Shown one piece after another: positions 14,135-27,480 of a DNA stretch of 64,000 nucleotides. Position numbers and translations under genes: made by a program. The first letter of the stretch is position 1; every line of letters starts with the position of its first letter. This stretch comes from Camelus ferus. Its lineage: Eukaryota. The stretch is from positions 42,658,001-42,722,000 of the forward strand of contig NC_045696.1 of the NCBI RefSeq assembly GCF_009834535.1, written 5' to 3'. The notes under the pieces were generated by a model, which saw only the letters and a list, made by a program, of their open reading frames with translations, was not told where the DNA came from and did not search any database.

Positions 14135-16190
14135 ATCCATTCATTTATTCATTAATTTCCTCGTCAGTTTTCTTTTGAGCTTTTAGTGGGTCCTTGGCAC
14201 TCTTCCAAGCATAGAGGATGCAATAGTAAATAAAACTAAGTGTCTCTTCATCAAGAGCTTATAGTCTAGTGGGAGGGAGATTTTAGACACTATGAAGAAA
14301 ATAATAAAGTAATGGAGTAGAAAGTGATTGTGTGGGTGAAGGAGATAACACACTATCTAAGGGGATCGGGGAAATTCTCTCTTACAGGGGGATAACTGGC
14401 TGAGACCCAAATAATAAAAAGCCAACTATGCAAAAATTTGAGCAAAGAGCATTGTAAGAGTAAGAGACAAGTGTAAAGACCCTAAGTCAGGAACATACTT
14501 GGCGTGTCCTCCTGGCAGAAATTTCAGAACAGCTGGAGCCCAGCAAAAGATGGTGAGAGATTAGGTCAGAGATATTACCAAAGTCACATAACATACAACC
14601 TTGTAGGCCATGTTAAGGCAGTGGGATTTTATTTCAGCTATGATTGCAAACATGTTAGTTAGAAGCAGAAGAGTAACATGAACTCATTTGAATGTTAAAA
14701 AAGTACACTCTATATGCTTTGAACAAGAGGAAGTGAAATGGGAGAAAGTAGGCTTTACAATATTCCAGGAGACATGAGAATGTCTTGGGCTACAGTGGAG
14801 ATGCTGAAGAGCGACCAGGAGAATACGCTGGACATGAGGATGAAGTAGAAGGAAGTGACTAATGACCTTTAGATATGTGGCCTGAGCTTCTGGGCAGATA
14901 TGAGGCCATCATTGGGACTGGAAAGGATGAAAGAGGAGGGATGGGTTTCGAGGACTGGATCTGAGCTGTGTAAGCCTGAGATGCCTATTCACCCTCTGAG
15001 TAAAGGTTGAGGAAGCAACTGGATTTATAGGTTTGGAGCTCCTGGGTGTGTTTTTGGTACAGGAATACATTTTGGAATCATCAGCATAGGGATAATATTG
15101 AAAGCCAAGAGCAGGACTGGAAAAGTGCGTGAGTGAAGTTGAGGTGAGTGAAAACAGATGAGGGCATCTAGGACTGTGCTCTCCATCACTAGCGTGTTTT
15201 CAGTCAGGAAGAAACAGAGAAGGCAGCAGAGGACACTGGGGAGTGTTATGTAGTCAGAGGAGACAAGGAAAAATGTGTTTCAGGGAGTGAGTGGTTAAGA
15301 GATTGGATAAGAAGAGAAGATAGACCTGACCATGTGATTTGGCAAGATGGATGCTGTAAGTGACCCGAAACAAGAGATGTAAGCCCGCCCAGAGTGATGT
15401 CTAGGAGAGAACAGGAGCAGAGAGACGGAGAGAGCAATTATAGACCAATAAATCTTCTGAGGAGGTCTGAAGAGTTACGAGAAATGTGGAGCAAAATCAA
15501 AGGAGGTTCTTATTTCAAAAACAAAGTGAAAAAGTAACTTTGTATGTGGATGAGAATGATCCAGGAGTGACAGGGAACCTGATGTTGCTGGGAAGAGGTG
15601 GGGCATGGCAGCAGTGCAGACCGCGGGTAGGCAGGAGGGGTCGGACATGGAGCAGCACCACCCAGTAGAAACATAATGTGAGCCACATTACTAATTTAAA
15701 ATTTTTCTAGTAGTCACATTAGTTTTATAAAAAGAAATGAGCAAAATTAATTTTAAAATCTTTTATTTAATCCCAAGCATCAAAATATTATTATTTCAAC
15801 ATGTATTAATATGTAATTACTGACATTTAAAGATTTTTATCATATTAAGCTTGAAATTTGGTATGCATTTTATACTTTAGCACACACATCAGTTTTGATT
15901 AGCCGAATATTAAGTGTTCAATAGCCACGTAAAACTAGTGGCTATTATATTGGGCAGTACAGATGCAGAGCATGGCTAGAAGTCTTGGAATGAGAGAAAT
16001 GTAAGGAAATTTCATCCAATGTAACATGAGCGAAGATAGAAATACATATGCAAATGGCTATGTTTTATGGTGGGAATTTGAGGTCATTCTCATCTTACTG
16101 TACATATTTTTAAATGAGGTATGAAGAAGTGAAGAGGACAAGGAAGGCGTATGAAATGGCCATTTTGGAGAGTGGAAAGGTGAACCTATT
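14135..16190 (-). mobile_element. Long L2 LINE relic (interrupted by MER33)
   Basis: Starts with a (CATT)n tail and gagcttatagtctagtggg, followed by about 2 kb of purine-rich antisense L2 motifs (ccttgtaggccatgttaagg, tttggaatcatcagcata, gatttggcaagatgg). Confidence 0.75.
15653..15962. mobile_element. MER33 (hAT-Charlie)
   Basis: cagcaccacccagtagaaacataatgtgagccaca...caatagccacgtaaaactagtggctattatattgggcagtacag matches both MER33 ends and the AT-rich body. Confidence 0.85.
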
Positions 16191-16399
16191 AGGCTCATTA
16201 GCTCCAGAACTTTGGAAATCGGTAGAGTCCTAGGTCAAGTTTTTGCTTAGGCACAGAAGGCCTAGGAGTAGTGGCCAGATTTGACTTTCTGCTGGGGAGG
16301 GGTGGCATGTCAGGGAGCAGTAGACCCTTATAAGATTTCTAGCATTTGCTTGTCATCAGTGGAGACCTCTAAGCAAAATTTACGCCACGGGGAAAAAAA

Positions 16400-16795
16400 A
16401 AATCCAAGTGTGATTAATAGGGGCCAGCGCTTGGACTCAAGTCAGCAGAGCCTCTCTATTTATCCCTCGGGTCGAGTATGAGACATAGTAGAACCAGTTG
16501 GTAGAGGACGGCAATTTTCCACTTTGTGAACAGAGAGGTGGAAGAACCTTCTTTGCAGAAAGAGTGAATGAAGCATGTGTGGACAGAGTCAGGGATGAGA
16601 GACCAACAACCCCAGGGAGATTTGAGAGGTGAACTTTGGTTCCAGTTCCTGGTTCCAATCCCTTTTCAAGTCCACTGCTTTTCTTGGTTTTGGGTTCTGA
16701 GACAGTGCCCCTATCCTACTGCTAAATAAATCACTCCTTTTTTATTGTCTTAGTTTAGTGATTTCTATTTTTTGCAGCCCTGCCTTTCTGATATG
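16400..16795 (+). mobile_element. Old MaLR/ERVL LTR (MLT1J/K-like)
   Basis: 3' end has aataaatc...cttagtttagtgatttctattttttgcagcc; the 5' boundary is uncertain. Confidence 0.45.
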
Positions 16796-18425
16796 TAGGG
16801 ATCCTGAGTTTAATGTAGATTTACGGGTCAGTTGTAAAGAATAGCAAGACAAGGGACTGACAGAGGGGAGGGGACTGGCGTGTGGTCATGAACAGGGAGA
16901 ACCCCCGATGCCTATCATTTCATCTTATTTTCAAAATATTTATTTATTGACCCAATTTATGCGTCACCATTTTAGAATAAAGCAATAATACCAAAGGCAA
17001 AGTAAGAAAAAAACACCTACAATTAATAAACAGAATTGGCCACTGTTTTCTTTCTGACATATCATTTTCTGAATTGGAACACATATTTCTAGTCATCATC
17101 TAGCTCTTTTTCAAGTATCAGGGAAGAAGATCTTTCAGTTATTGTAGAAACGCATCCCTGTAAAGAACTCTCCTCGTTCCCCTTGTCTCTTCAGCTCCGT
17201 TTGACATCTTTCTTGACTTCATGGCCATAGAGAATTGTTATTTAATCTTTATTCCCCAAACTTTCTTCACTGAAGCTCTTCAGGGTGGAAATGCATTTTC
17301 ACCATGGAAACAGACATGCTCATGGACACTTGGTGAGAAATTCTACTCGGGCTCTTGCTGGATCCTGCACAGAGATAGGGCTGCTGCTGTCTGGGGGATT
17401 TCTAGACTAACAGCATTTTAAATTTCTTCAGCATTGAGCAGTGCCTCCTTGGGAGAGCTGTTATTGCCTTGGCTTAGAAATGGCACCTGGAACCAGAGGC
17501 CAGCTCAACAGAGCTGTCTCTGTAATAGTAACAACCTGAACAGAATCTTGGGTAAGAAGAAAGGTTTCCAGCATTTACACATGGTTTCTGCAAAAGCTTT
17601 TCTTATGTGTGAAGTTATTAGTCCGGGGCATTACCTGTCAATAAAACAGCATCCCAAGAAGCTAGAGTTAAATGCCAGAGACTTCTGAAAACAGAAGAAA
17701 GTCTATCCTTAATTTCAAGGTCTTTGCTTTTGGCAGCTCCTACAGTTGTGTGGTAGGGGAAGAAATTTTCCCTGGACTTGGCACCGTGAGGAGCATGGAC
17801 TATGAGATCCTTTTTTTAATAATAAGCCAATTTTCTAACAATGAGCTAAATAATGCAACCTATTCACCAACCCAGAGAGGTATTCAATTTTGTTTTTATT
17901 ATACTGAAAACTCTCTTGATACTCACAGTGAGTCTGCAGGGGAGCAGTAACACAACCTGTGTCTGCTTCTTTAATTTGGGAAATCTTGTTGAATATGTAA
18001 TGGGATGGCTGGGATGGGTTTTTACAGGAGCCACATACATACACATAAAGCCAGGCACTTTTTTCTCACTGTGTCTTTCATTAGCTAGCTTTCTTACACT
18101 GTCAAACTTGTCTGTACGTGTACAGTTTACGCCAAACCATCTGCATTTGTTTTCCATTTAGCAAAGATCACCTATGTGCAGGTGATAGTTATGGTGTGTA
18201 CAGGGGGTTTTCTTTTCTTTACCGTGAGTGCATTTCTTATTCTTTTAACAAATAAAATATTAGCTGCAGTTTGTTGAGCATCTTTGTATTTATTATATTG
18301 TCTACTAGAGTATTTTAGGATGTCAAGGATTATCACTGTTGTTTACCCCTGAACCATCAATACTTGTGACAGTAGCTGGCCCATGTTGTCACATCAATGC
18401 TGCAAAAGTGTTTATTGGATAAACA

Positions 18426-18732
18426 TCGGCATTCCTCGGAGACACCGTGGGTTCAGTTTCTGACCACCGCGATAAAGTGAATATGGCAATAAAGAAAATC
18501 ACACAATTTTTTTTCTTTTCCCAGTGCAAATAAAACTTACGATTACACTATACTGTAGTCTGTTAAGTGTACCATAGCATTTATAGCTATAAAAACAATG
18601 TGCATACCTTAATTAAAGAATACTTTATTGCTAAAAAATGCTAACCATCATATGACAGTGCAGGGTTGCCACAAACCTTCAATCTGCAAAAAATGCAGTA
18701 TCTGCAAAGCCTTATAAATCAAGGTATGCCTG
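18426..18732. mobile_element. Tigger1 internal-deletion derivative
   Basis: One end is ggcattcctcggagacaccgtgggttcagtttctgaccaccgc; the other is cagggttgccacaaaccttcaat...aaggtatgcctg followed by TA. The two Tigger1 termini are fused in about 310 bp. Confidence 0.9.
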
Positions 18733-18739
18733 TACTTGT

Positions 18740-18870
18740 ATTCGTGTTGAAAACCCCTTGCATAAATAGATATTACTGTCCGTGTTTTGTAAAAGGGTCA
18801 GATAAGTTACTGCTCAAAATTCATACAATGAATGAGTAAGGAAAGGGCTGGGCTTCAAACCAGGTTTGTT
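18740..18870 (-). mobile_element. MIR relic
   Basis: gggctgggcttcaaaccaggtttgt plus degenerate core upstream. Confidence 0.5.
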
Positions 18871-19613
18871 CCTCTTTGTCATCCTTGCCCCTCCCCCCGC
18901 CCCCACGCTTCCCCAAATAGAGCTTTGGTGCGGAAGTCAGCCGTTTTTCTGACAGGTTCAGTGTCCGTGCAGGAGGTTTCTTCACCATTCAAAAATTAGA
19001 GAGAGGGAGATACTCGCTGATTTTTCTCTATTTACTCACATGCAAAGACAGTTTATGTTACTGTAGTAACCTAGTTGTTTAGGTTCAAGTTTGCCTTAGA
19101 AGCTGAGTCACCGCTCCCCTTCCACGTGCTTCTCCAGCAAGCCTGTCCTGTTGCGCTACCCTACCCACCGCGTCCCGCTCTAAAAACCCACTTTCCAGGC
19201 GGGTCCTCCGTAAGTTTCCATAATAGTGACAGGATTTGGTTGGCAGACTCTTCTGGAAGATAACCTGAAAAAGTGTCACCTTTTAAAGAGCAAAAGTTGG
19301 TCTGATTAAGCTTCCTCATTCATTTTAATTTCACAAAATTTTTACCATGAAAAGTAACAGTAAAACACACCAAGATACCTTCATATCAGAGCCTTCACTT
19401 CCATCCAGTTATAAACCTCATTTTTCTCTGTTGAATCCTTACATTTCTTGCATTTTTATTCTGTTCCACTTGAAGCCATTTGAATTTCTCCCATATTATT
19501 TATTTGTATCCTCCTTTTTCAGTCCCACCTCAATTCCATGTTAGTTTTTGATTTATTTATTGTTGCTACCCTCCCTCCCCTCCTCTTTCTGGGGTTTTTC
19601 TGCTCCACATGAG

Positions 19614-19615
<2 letters not shown>

Positions 19616-19658
<43 letters not shown>

Positions 19659-19685
19659 TGTGTGTGTGTGTGTGTGTGTCTGTGT
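19616..19685. repeat. (GT)n microsatellite, about 35 units with two TC interruptions
   Basis: Directly visible. Confidence 0.98.
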
Positions 19686-21129
19686 TGCTAGTGTGTTCCT
19701 GCTGTTATTGTTTTAGTGTTAATGGAGGAATAGTCAGCAACCTTTTCTTCCTACTAAAGATATTTTCCAAGCAGCAAATTAAATGTATATAGAAGAAAAG
19801 AGAATTTTATAGGAGCAGAAAAATAACATGTATGTACAGTTTATTTCTTGGGGATCCTTTTTTTTTTTCTTCTATTTTCATTCCCGTCTTTGGCTACTAC
19901 ATCTCCTATCATTATGCCATTTTTGGTAATGTTTTCTTCTCTCTTGTTCATTTCTCCCGTGACAACTTATACTCTCCAAAGTGAATAGATCATGTCAAAA
20001 GCATTAGGATTCTGCTGTGTTTTATTTCCCCAAGAGCCAGGAAGAAAACTGCTTGCTTTTCTGATATTTTCATTAAGGTGAACACGCCAAACTGAGAGAG
20101 AAATATTAATACCAGTAGTCTGGTTTCTATGTGCATGAAAACGTGTTCTGATTTTCATCTCACTTCTCCAGATATCACTTTTTTTTTCTTTGACAAAGAG
20201 GGTACGAGGGTGCTGAGATTCTGAGAGCTGAGAAAATTAAATAACTCATTTGCTCATTTGGTGAGTGGCATGAATATCAGTGCCTCTCACATTTGGCACC
20301 ATGACTATTTCTGAATACCAACTCAAATACATTCAGCTGCTGGGTATTAGCTATGTCTGCTCAGGAATATTGCCAGCTGCAGGTTGGAGCAAAAACCTTG
20401 AACTTGGACTGCATGATATTATTCTGATGGAAAACCCACTAGACAGGGATTGATATAGTCATTAACGGGGATCCAAAGCCTTATTGAGAAGAGATTTAGG
20501 ACATATGGAGTGTCCATGTCCTTTCTTCAACTTGTCTGTGTTCCAGGACAAAGGAATATTTTCATCGACTGAGTTCGGGTAGACCTTATTCTCTTTACCT
20601 CTCATTTGATACTAATTATATATGGTTTTCTGTTTTTTTATACTCATATGCATGATGGGACCTAAATGCCCTATCTTTGAAATAAAACAATCCAATTCTT
20701 TAATGATCTCTATCCAGGGTCTTACACATAATTCATCCTCCATCATAATTTTTAATGATCATGGCCACTCAATTTCTACTTATTTAAAATTTGAACTTCA
20801 GTTGTGTTTTCTCTTCTTACGTCTAACTTATAAACATTTTCCTAATTTTTTATCACTTCAGTTTCTTTGTTCAAAGCTTTGAGAAGTGTGAGTTTTATAT
20901 CTGATTTCAAAGAGCTCAAGGGAAATAGATTGCAATCCAAAGATGGTAGCTAATTTTCCAGAGAAGTCTAAGCGGTAATTTGTGAAGGAAATGGTGAAGA
21001 GGATAAGGCTGAGGGCTAGAGCATCGTGGGAAATGAAAGTTGGCTGGCTAAGTGGAGACCATTGACAAAGACATCCGTATCCTAGTTTTGTAAGGCTGGA
21101 AACTAGAAGCTATTCTTGCCTTTTCATAA

Positions 21130-22520
21130 CTTTATTCCCATCACTTTCAATGACCTGTCAGTTACACTTCTAAATATCTCTTGACTCTGCCAATTATCTG
21201 TATGTCCTCTACCCCGACTCTTGTCAAGGCACCCACATTGCCTTTGTGGAATCCTATAATAGCATCCTAACTGTTCCTCACTCATTCATTCATCTATTTA
21301 TGATTTTACCCAAACATTATTGAATACCTGTGTAGGAAGATAGTAATGCACCAGGTGGATGTTTTCTTTGCCCCAATAACATAGTTTAGTGGGAGGAATA
21401 GCCTTTAAAGAAATAAGCCAAAGTGTGACAAATACTGTGACATAGAAAACACAAGGGCTGGCCTTTTTCTAGCTATGAGTTCTCTATATTACATCCCAGG
21501 GTGAGTTTCTTAAAATGCAAATGGACATGTTATTTCTGTGATGAAAACTGTTTCGGTGGTTCAGCATCACCCTGCAGGTGGATGAAGCTCTCTGGACCTC
21601 TGCTGGCCTCTGCTCACCCTCCTACCTCTTCTCATTGCTTTACAAATTCTTTTAAGTTTTCCTCCAACGACGCCATTTCTCTCCTCAGGGTCTTTTCAGA
21701 GGCTCTCATCTCTTCCTGCAAGTCTCCCCTCCATCCGCTTTCACCTCTTTCCTCGTAGGTCTCAGTTTGGATTTTTATTTTCCCTGGAAAATATTCCCTA
21801 ATCTCCTGTCTAAGTCTGGAGAAGCTGCTCTGTTGCCATAGCAACCCATTTACCCCATCACAGCACTTATGTCGCACTGAAGAGGCTTCTTTAATGCTCT
21901 GTCTCTCCTGCTAGGCCACAAGTCCTATGTCTGTTCAAGTCAGTTGTGTCCCTAGGGACTAGTAAACCGCCCAGGTAAAGTGCCAAAGAAATAAGTGACT
22001 CCATCTTATTTAATGCCATTGTGTTGTCCACTTTCCCTCCTGAGAGCCTTTCAAGTTAGTCCCTTCCTTTCATCCTTTTCACCTCTTTAGTTCAGACTAC
22101 CATTATAACAAGACTCTCCAAACCGCTCCTCTTACCTATAATTGGTGTGATTTTGTCAATTCTGTATGTTTCAACCAGAGTGTTCTCCAAGTGGCAAACA
22201 TGATTATACTACTCCATTGCTTTAAGAAAGCATCTGGGGCTTTCTATTGCCTAGGACATAAATCCCCAAATTACTGAATGGCATAAGGGGCCTCTAATTT
22301 TCCCTTGGAGTACTCGGGTCTTGCTGGTTCATGTTGTTTCGTGCCTCTGTTGTTCCTGGACTCCACTCAACTGTCTGTTTGGGAAATTTCTACTCATCTC
22401 AAAGAACTTTTTCAACTGTATGTTCTCACTGTGAGACCCTCCCGCATTGCCAAGGAAAGTTAGTCTTTCCCTCCTTCACGCTATCCATGTGTATTGTTCA
22501 TCTCTATTACACTGCTTTTC
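21130..22520 (+). mobile_element. Cluster of L2 fragments (includes an oppositely oriented L2 3' end at about 21283-21440)
   Basis: L2 motifs: ctataatagcatcctaactg, ttcttaaaatgcaaatggacatgt, tcttcctgcaagtctcccct, tctactcatctcaaag; nested (CATT)n tail. Confidence 0.55.
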
Positions 22521-22586
22521 ACATGCGATTTCAAATACTCACATAGCTTTTTATTCTTTTTTACCAGACTATTCTTTCATTCTCAG

Positions 22587-22963
22587 TGTTAAAAATAAGA
22601 TAACTATAGGCCCAAAATGGAGTCACTTTTGCTAAGCCCCCACATCACCAAATTGAAACTTAATTACAGTTTCGGTCTCCCAGAAATGGAATCTTAAAAT
22701 AGTCAATCAGGAATCGGCTGGTCATCACTAGTTGGGTCATCTGCCTGATAGACCCAGGCTATCCCCTAAAGAAAACTGTGCTTACAAGAACCATTGCGCT
22801 CTTCCACCTCGGGTAGCTTCCTGGTTGCTGCTCCTTTCCGTCTATAAAAAGCCTTTCATTTTGTGCAGCTCCTCAGAGCTCCTTTCTATTTACTAGCTGG
22901 GAATTGCTGAATAAAGACAGTAAGATCTTTAAAATTTACTCAGTTGAAAACATTTTTTTAACA
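22587..22963 (+). mobile_element. ERV1-class solo LTR
   Basis: Terminal inverted repeats TGTTAAAAA...TTTTTAACA; TATAAAA at 22843-22849; AATAAA at 22910-22915; 4-bp flanks TCAG/TTAG (TSD with one mismatch). Confidence 0.85.
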
Positions 22964-25900
22964 TTAGCATCTAGTGTTTTTATTGAATGAAAAATTTGGG
23001 GAATACAGAGTAAGCTGCTGTAGCCTCTGTAACAGAATTAAAGTATGTTGTAGTTGCATTATCTAGACAGTTTGGGAAAAGGCAGTTCTTCCAGTTAAAG
23101 TTACTGGCACAGAAGGTATCTATCAGTCTGTCTTCTATGACTGAAAGATGTTCTTGACACAATTTTCACTGCCGACCTTTGGCATAGAGATAGCCCAGCA
23201 GGCTCACAGCTCTAGAAAGTTCTTTTTCGGCACATCTTTACAAATGTACTCTGGGCAGTGCAGTGGGTCCGGGGGCAACTTCTACAGCTTTTCCCTCTCT
23301 AGAGGCCATAATAATGACTGTTACTATTAGGAATTCACCTAGATACTTCAGTAACCATTGTTTTGGTGCAATAGGGCTCAAAAGTAAGGCTAACTATAAT
23401 TCTTGATAGTAAGAACGAACAAAATGAGCAACACAAACAGGAAGGCATGTGAAAAGCACTTACCTTGTCTGCAGTCAGTGTCAGGATGGGTGTAAGTTTT
23501 AATTCTCCAATTATTTGATCAACATACCCTCTACGGTATTCACTCATGTCCCTGCCGTGAGGAAGGACCAAACAAAAAGCGGTCTGTCAGTGTTATCCTC
23601 AGTAATATTTGCCGAGAATTAATCACATTTGAATGGGGCTCTTATGCTCTGATTTACTAATTTTCATGGAGCCTATAATTCTCAAGGACTGGACGAACAT
23701 TCATAGCAAAAGAGGCACTAAAAAACCTATAAACAAGCAGGAAATACACCTCTAAAGGTAATGTAGTCTCTGACAAACTCTAATGGACGTTTAACTTTCA
23801 TTCATAGGAAAGGGGTAGTCTGAGTAATTTATGAAGCACTAGCCAGAAATTAACTATGCAGCAGTTTCCATTAACTTAACCTAAAATGGACCACAGCATG
23901 AAATATGTTTCCCAAATTGAAGTCAAGGTCAAAACATATTTTTGAGATGTATATGGCATACAAAGAAAGGTTTGATTGCAAAGAAATATACTTTGTTGAA
24001 AAGAAGGTTCTGTACAGTTAGGGTTAAAATAATTCTGGCAAGCACGCCTGCAGCCAGGGAGATTTTGAAATTGTTAGCCTAAGTCATTTTCTTTCTATTA
24101 CCTTTAAAAGTTCAAAAGGTTTAACTTAGCCCAAAGACTACTGGGGAAATGTCAAATTGCCCCTTGGTGTAGTTCAACAATCACTGAGGCTTCTCATCTT
24201 AGAGAGAAATTTCCATTTCAAAAACACTTTTCTTATTTCTGATGAAAAGAAACATAGAGATCATATGTTTAAAAATCTCATTTTCAGATGAGTGTGGAGA
24301 TAGGCACAGAATTTTAAAACTGGCTAGTCACAGGGCCACAACTAATATACATATATTATATACAGATTCTCTGAATGAAATTATTTCTACTATTCCTTAG
24401 ACATTTTCACATAAGAAAAACAAACCAGCTAAGATTATGGAATTTTCAGTAATTTAGATAGAGACTAAACTATGATTCATCTTGTTTGGCCAATCCTTTT
24501 TTTTTAATGGATAGAGAAATCTGCAGTTTTTACCTACTAGTATGGCCAAAGAGGATAGAAATATTCCTTACGCATAAAGAAAAAAAATCTTCCAGACGTG
24601 AAGTCTGGAACTCACAAGTAATTGTCTTCCATGCAGACAAATCATTTTACTGTATTCTCTAATAACTTTTTTTAAACTTTCTTTTATTATACTCTAAAAA
24701 TAAAACTATAATTCTTTATATTATTCAGACTATTAATACATTTTTCCTCATGATTTTTTTTATTCCTAACTTGAAATGTTTCATTGTATTCTACATTCAT
24801 AAAAATCTCTTTTACCCAAGGATTTCCAAATATTTTATAAGCATTGGTCTTACCATGGTATGGTTATAAAAGCAGTATGGTGTCCTGAAACTTAGTACTT
24901 CCTTGGTTCCCAAAGTTATGTTTCCTTTTCCCAGTGTCATCCAGTACAAACATGGACATCTCTCTCTACCTCTGCCTTTTTGGCGTATAGCACTGCAGTT
25001 AGGGAACACCTTTATGTAGGGAACACCACATGCAGTTTCTTGGGAGGACACAGGGTTTATAAGAATCCTTTCCCCAAGGAGCTAAAAATCTTTAAAGAGG
25101 ATAAGCCATGAATTAAAATGAAAAAATCTACAATACCAGGAATTATATATTAAGTACATGGGGGTAAACAAAGAGTGACCGGGGGATCAGAGAGGACTTC
25201 ATGAGACAGATGGCTTTTGGTTTGAGCTTGGAAGGGTGACTCAGTGGGGAACAAGAAGGGAACATTGCAAGATCTCCTATGTCAAAAGAAATGAAGATTA
25301 GAAAGTATTAAGGTATGGCCAGTAGTTCTGGTTGGGGGGAAGGGAGGGGAGATGAGGTACTTTTTAATTCCAGATTAAAATACGAAAACATGGCAAGAGT
25401 TGCTATGTGCCTTCCTTTCTCAAATGGCAGCCTACGTGATTCACCATTCACATGTTCTCCCACATAAGTCAAGCATTTCTTCTCTTTGAGCAGTTAGAAC
25501 ACTCTGTAATTAAAGGGAATCCACAGTTCTATCAAGGAAAAACCAATCCTCTCACTCAATGGGGATTTTCTAACAAAAGGAGTGGATAACACCAATTCAC
25601 CAAAAAGCAGGGCTACTCCAAATGTATTCAGGATCATTTAAAACTGATGGGAACTGATCCACAAAACACAAGTGTACAAATTGAGAGTAAAAGCTTAGAA
25701 ATTCTATAGGCAAGACAACATTTTTGCTACAACGTTCACAGTCATGATTGGTGGACTCCTTTTGTTGAAGAAGGTATAGAATGGTTTGGGTACGTTGAAC
25801 TCATGTGCTGGTTCATAGGTGGCACAAGCTGAATTTTGATCTTACTCATGGGGGCCACACAACAGTCATGATGGGTTAAAAATGAAAAAAAAAATTATTA

Positions 25901-26159
25901 TTCTTTTTTAACCACAGATAGCTGGAGAAGCCCTGCAATAAAGGGTTAAGAGGAACATATATTCATCTATTCTCAGCAAATATTTATCTCATGCCTACTA
26001 CAAGCTATTGTTTAGTTGTAGATGAGTGTGTTTCATTCATAGGGTTTACCAGAAGAAAAATTTTCAGCTTTTCCTTCTAAATTCAGCTACCTTTCTCCTG
26101 ATTATGGAAACTAGCCATCAGGTGCTATTGTTGTCTCCTAGCAAATAAGTCAGCAATAA

Positions 26160-26995
26160 GCTAGTAACAGTGCTAAAGGTTTCTGGGCACTTACCACATG
26201 CCAGGCAATGTTCTAAGCATTTTACAAATATCCACTTTTGTATGTCAGGATCCAGTCAGAAAAATAATGACCAGAGTAGGTATTCAAGTAGGGGCAATTT
26301 AACCTAGGGAATTGGTTATAGAGGTGTTGGAGTGCTGAAGAAGGAAACAGAAATTTCAGCCCAAATGAAGGAGCTACATGTGCTTCACTCCCCAGCTGCT
26401 AGGAGAACAGTGGAGCTGAGTTTACTAGAATCTGGTAGATCACAGGAGGTTGCTCAGCTTGTCGATGAGAAGTTTGGTTGGCCGTAGTCGACATCTCTTG
26501 AATTGGAGAAATTGCCCCATAGAACCAGTGCTTCATTCTCTGAAACAACGGCACAGGCAGGCAATTGCTGATATCTCTTAGAGGGCAGGTGTGTTGAAAT
26601 AGGCTGGAGGCTCAAATAAACTGCCGTAAATAATGCTGACAAAAGCATCAAGAAACCAGGAGGTCCTTGCTCCCTCCTTCTACCTTCCAGTCTAGCTCTC
26701 ACGCCTCCTATTGGCAGAACCTAACAAGATGTCCACTGGCAAAGGGGTCTGAGAAAGGTAATTTCCAGAGTCCCTCCTCAGCCCCAGAGATCGGAAGATA
26801 GAAGAGTAGATTTGGGCTGAGAGACAAGAAGAAAATAATAGGCATACTCATTTAACCTCATACAATCCTATAAGGTAGATGCTATTAATATCCCTGTTTT
26901 CAGATAAATAAAACAAGAGCCAGAGATGTTTAATTAGTTGCCCAAAGCCAGCTGGTGGCAGAAGTGGGTAAGAACCAAGTCTGACTCTAGGACCC
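26160..26995 (-). mobile_element. MIR split by an ERVL LTR
   Basis: gggcacttaccacatgccaggcaatgttctaagcattttaca resumes after 26844 as ctcatttaacctcatacaatcctataaggtag...ttgcccaaag. Confidence 0.75.
26239..26844 (-). mobile_element. ERVL solo LTR (LTR41/LTR33-like)
   Basis: TG...CA ends; carries cctattggcagaacctaacaagatgtccactggcaaaggggtctgagaaaggtaattt, typical of this LTR group. Confidence 0.7.
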
Positions 26996-27359
26996 CTGCC
27001 CTGCCCTTGCCCTGTGGGCTCCACTAACTCCTTGTTAAACTAGGTGGGAGGTCTGTGAGGGAGCCTGGCTGGGGAACACCATGTATTTATATACACTTAT
27101 CACTGTTTCTCTTTTTTTATGATTCCTGGTAAAGTTTTTCAGTTTGAAATTAAAATATTTTTAAATTATTCTAGAACATTTAAAGAATTTTGCTATTATT
27201 CTGTCTACAAGGAAGAGAAAATAGGAAGAGGATTTTATATCTCTGACGAAAATTCACCCTTCTGTTAATATGTCTTAATATGTCTTAATATATTTAATGA
27301 ATTCTGTGTGTGTGTGTCTGGAGTGGTATCAGGTAATGGGGCATGGAGTTAGCAGGGCT

Positions 27360-27480
27360 TATTCATTCATTTATTTAACGGATATTTATTGATCCATCCA
27401 TTTATTTCACGTATTGTGGATGATGTTGAAATAGCAATGAAAAAGACAAACATGGTCCCAGCTTTCACGGAGATTACATT
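27360..27480 (-). mobile_element. L2 3' end
   Basis: (ATTC)n tail, atatttattga, aaagacaaacatggtcccagctttcacggag. Confidence 0.65.

Noticed and set aside
24590..24610. Perfect 8-bp stem-loop TTCCAGAC-N5-GTCTGGAA (similarly GATCCTTTC-A-GAAAGGATC at 34257-34275)
   Set aside because: Short palindromes of this size can arise by chance in 64 kb, and there is no supporting context.
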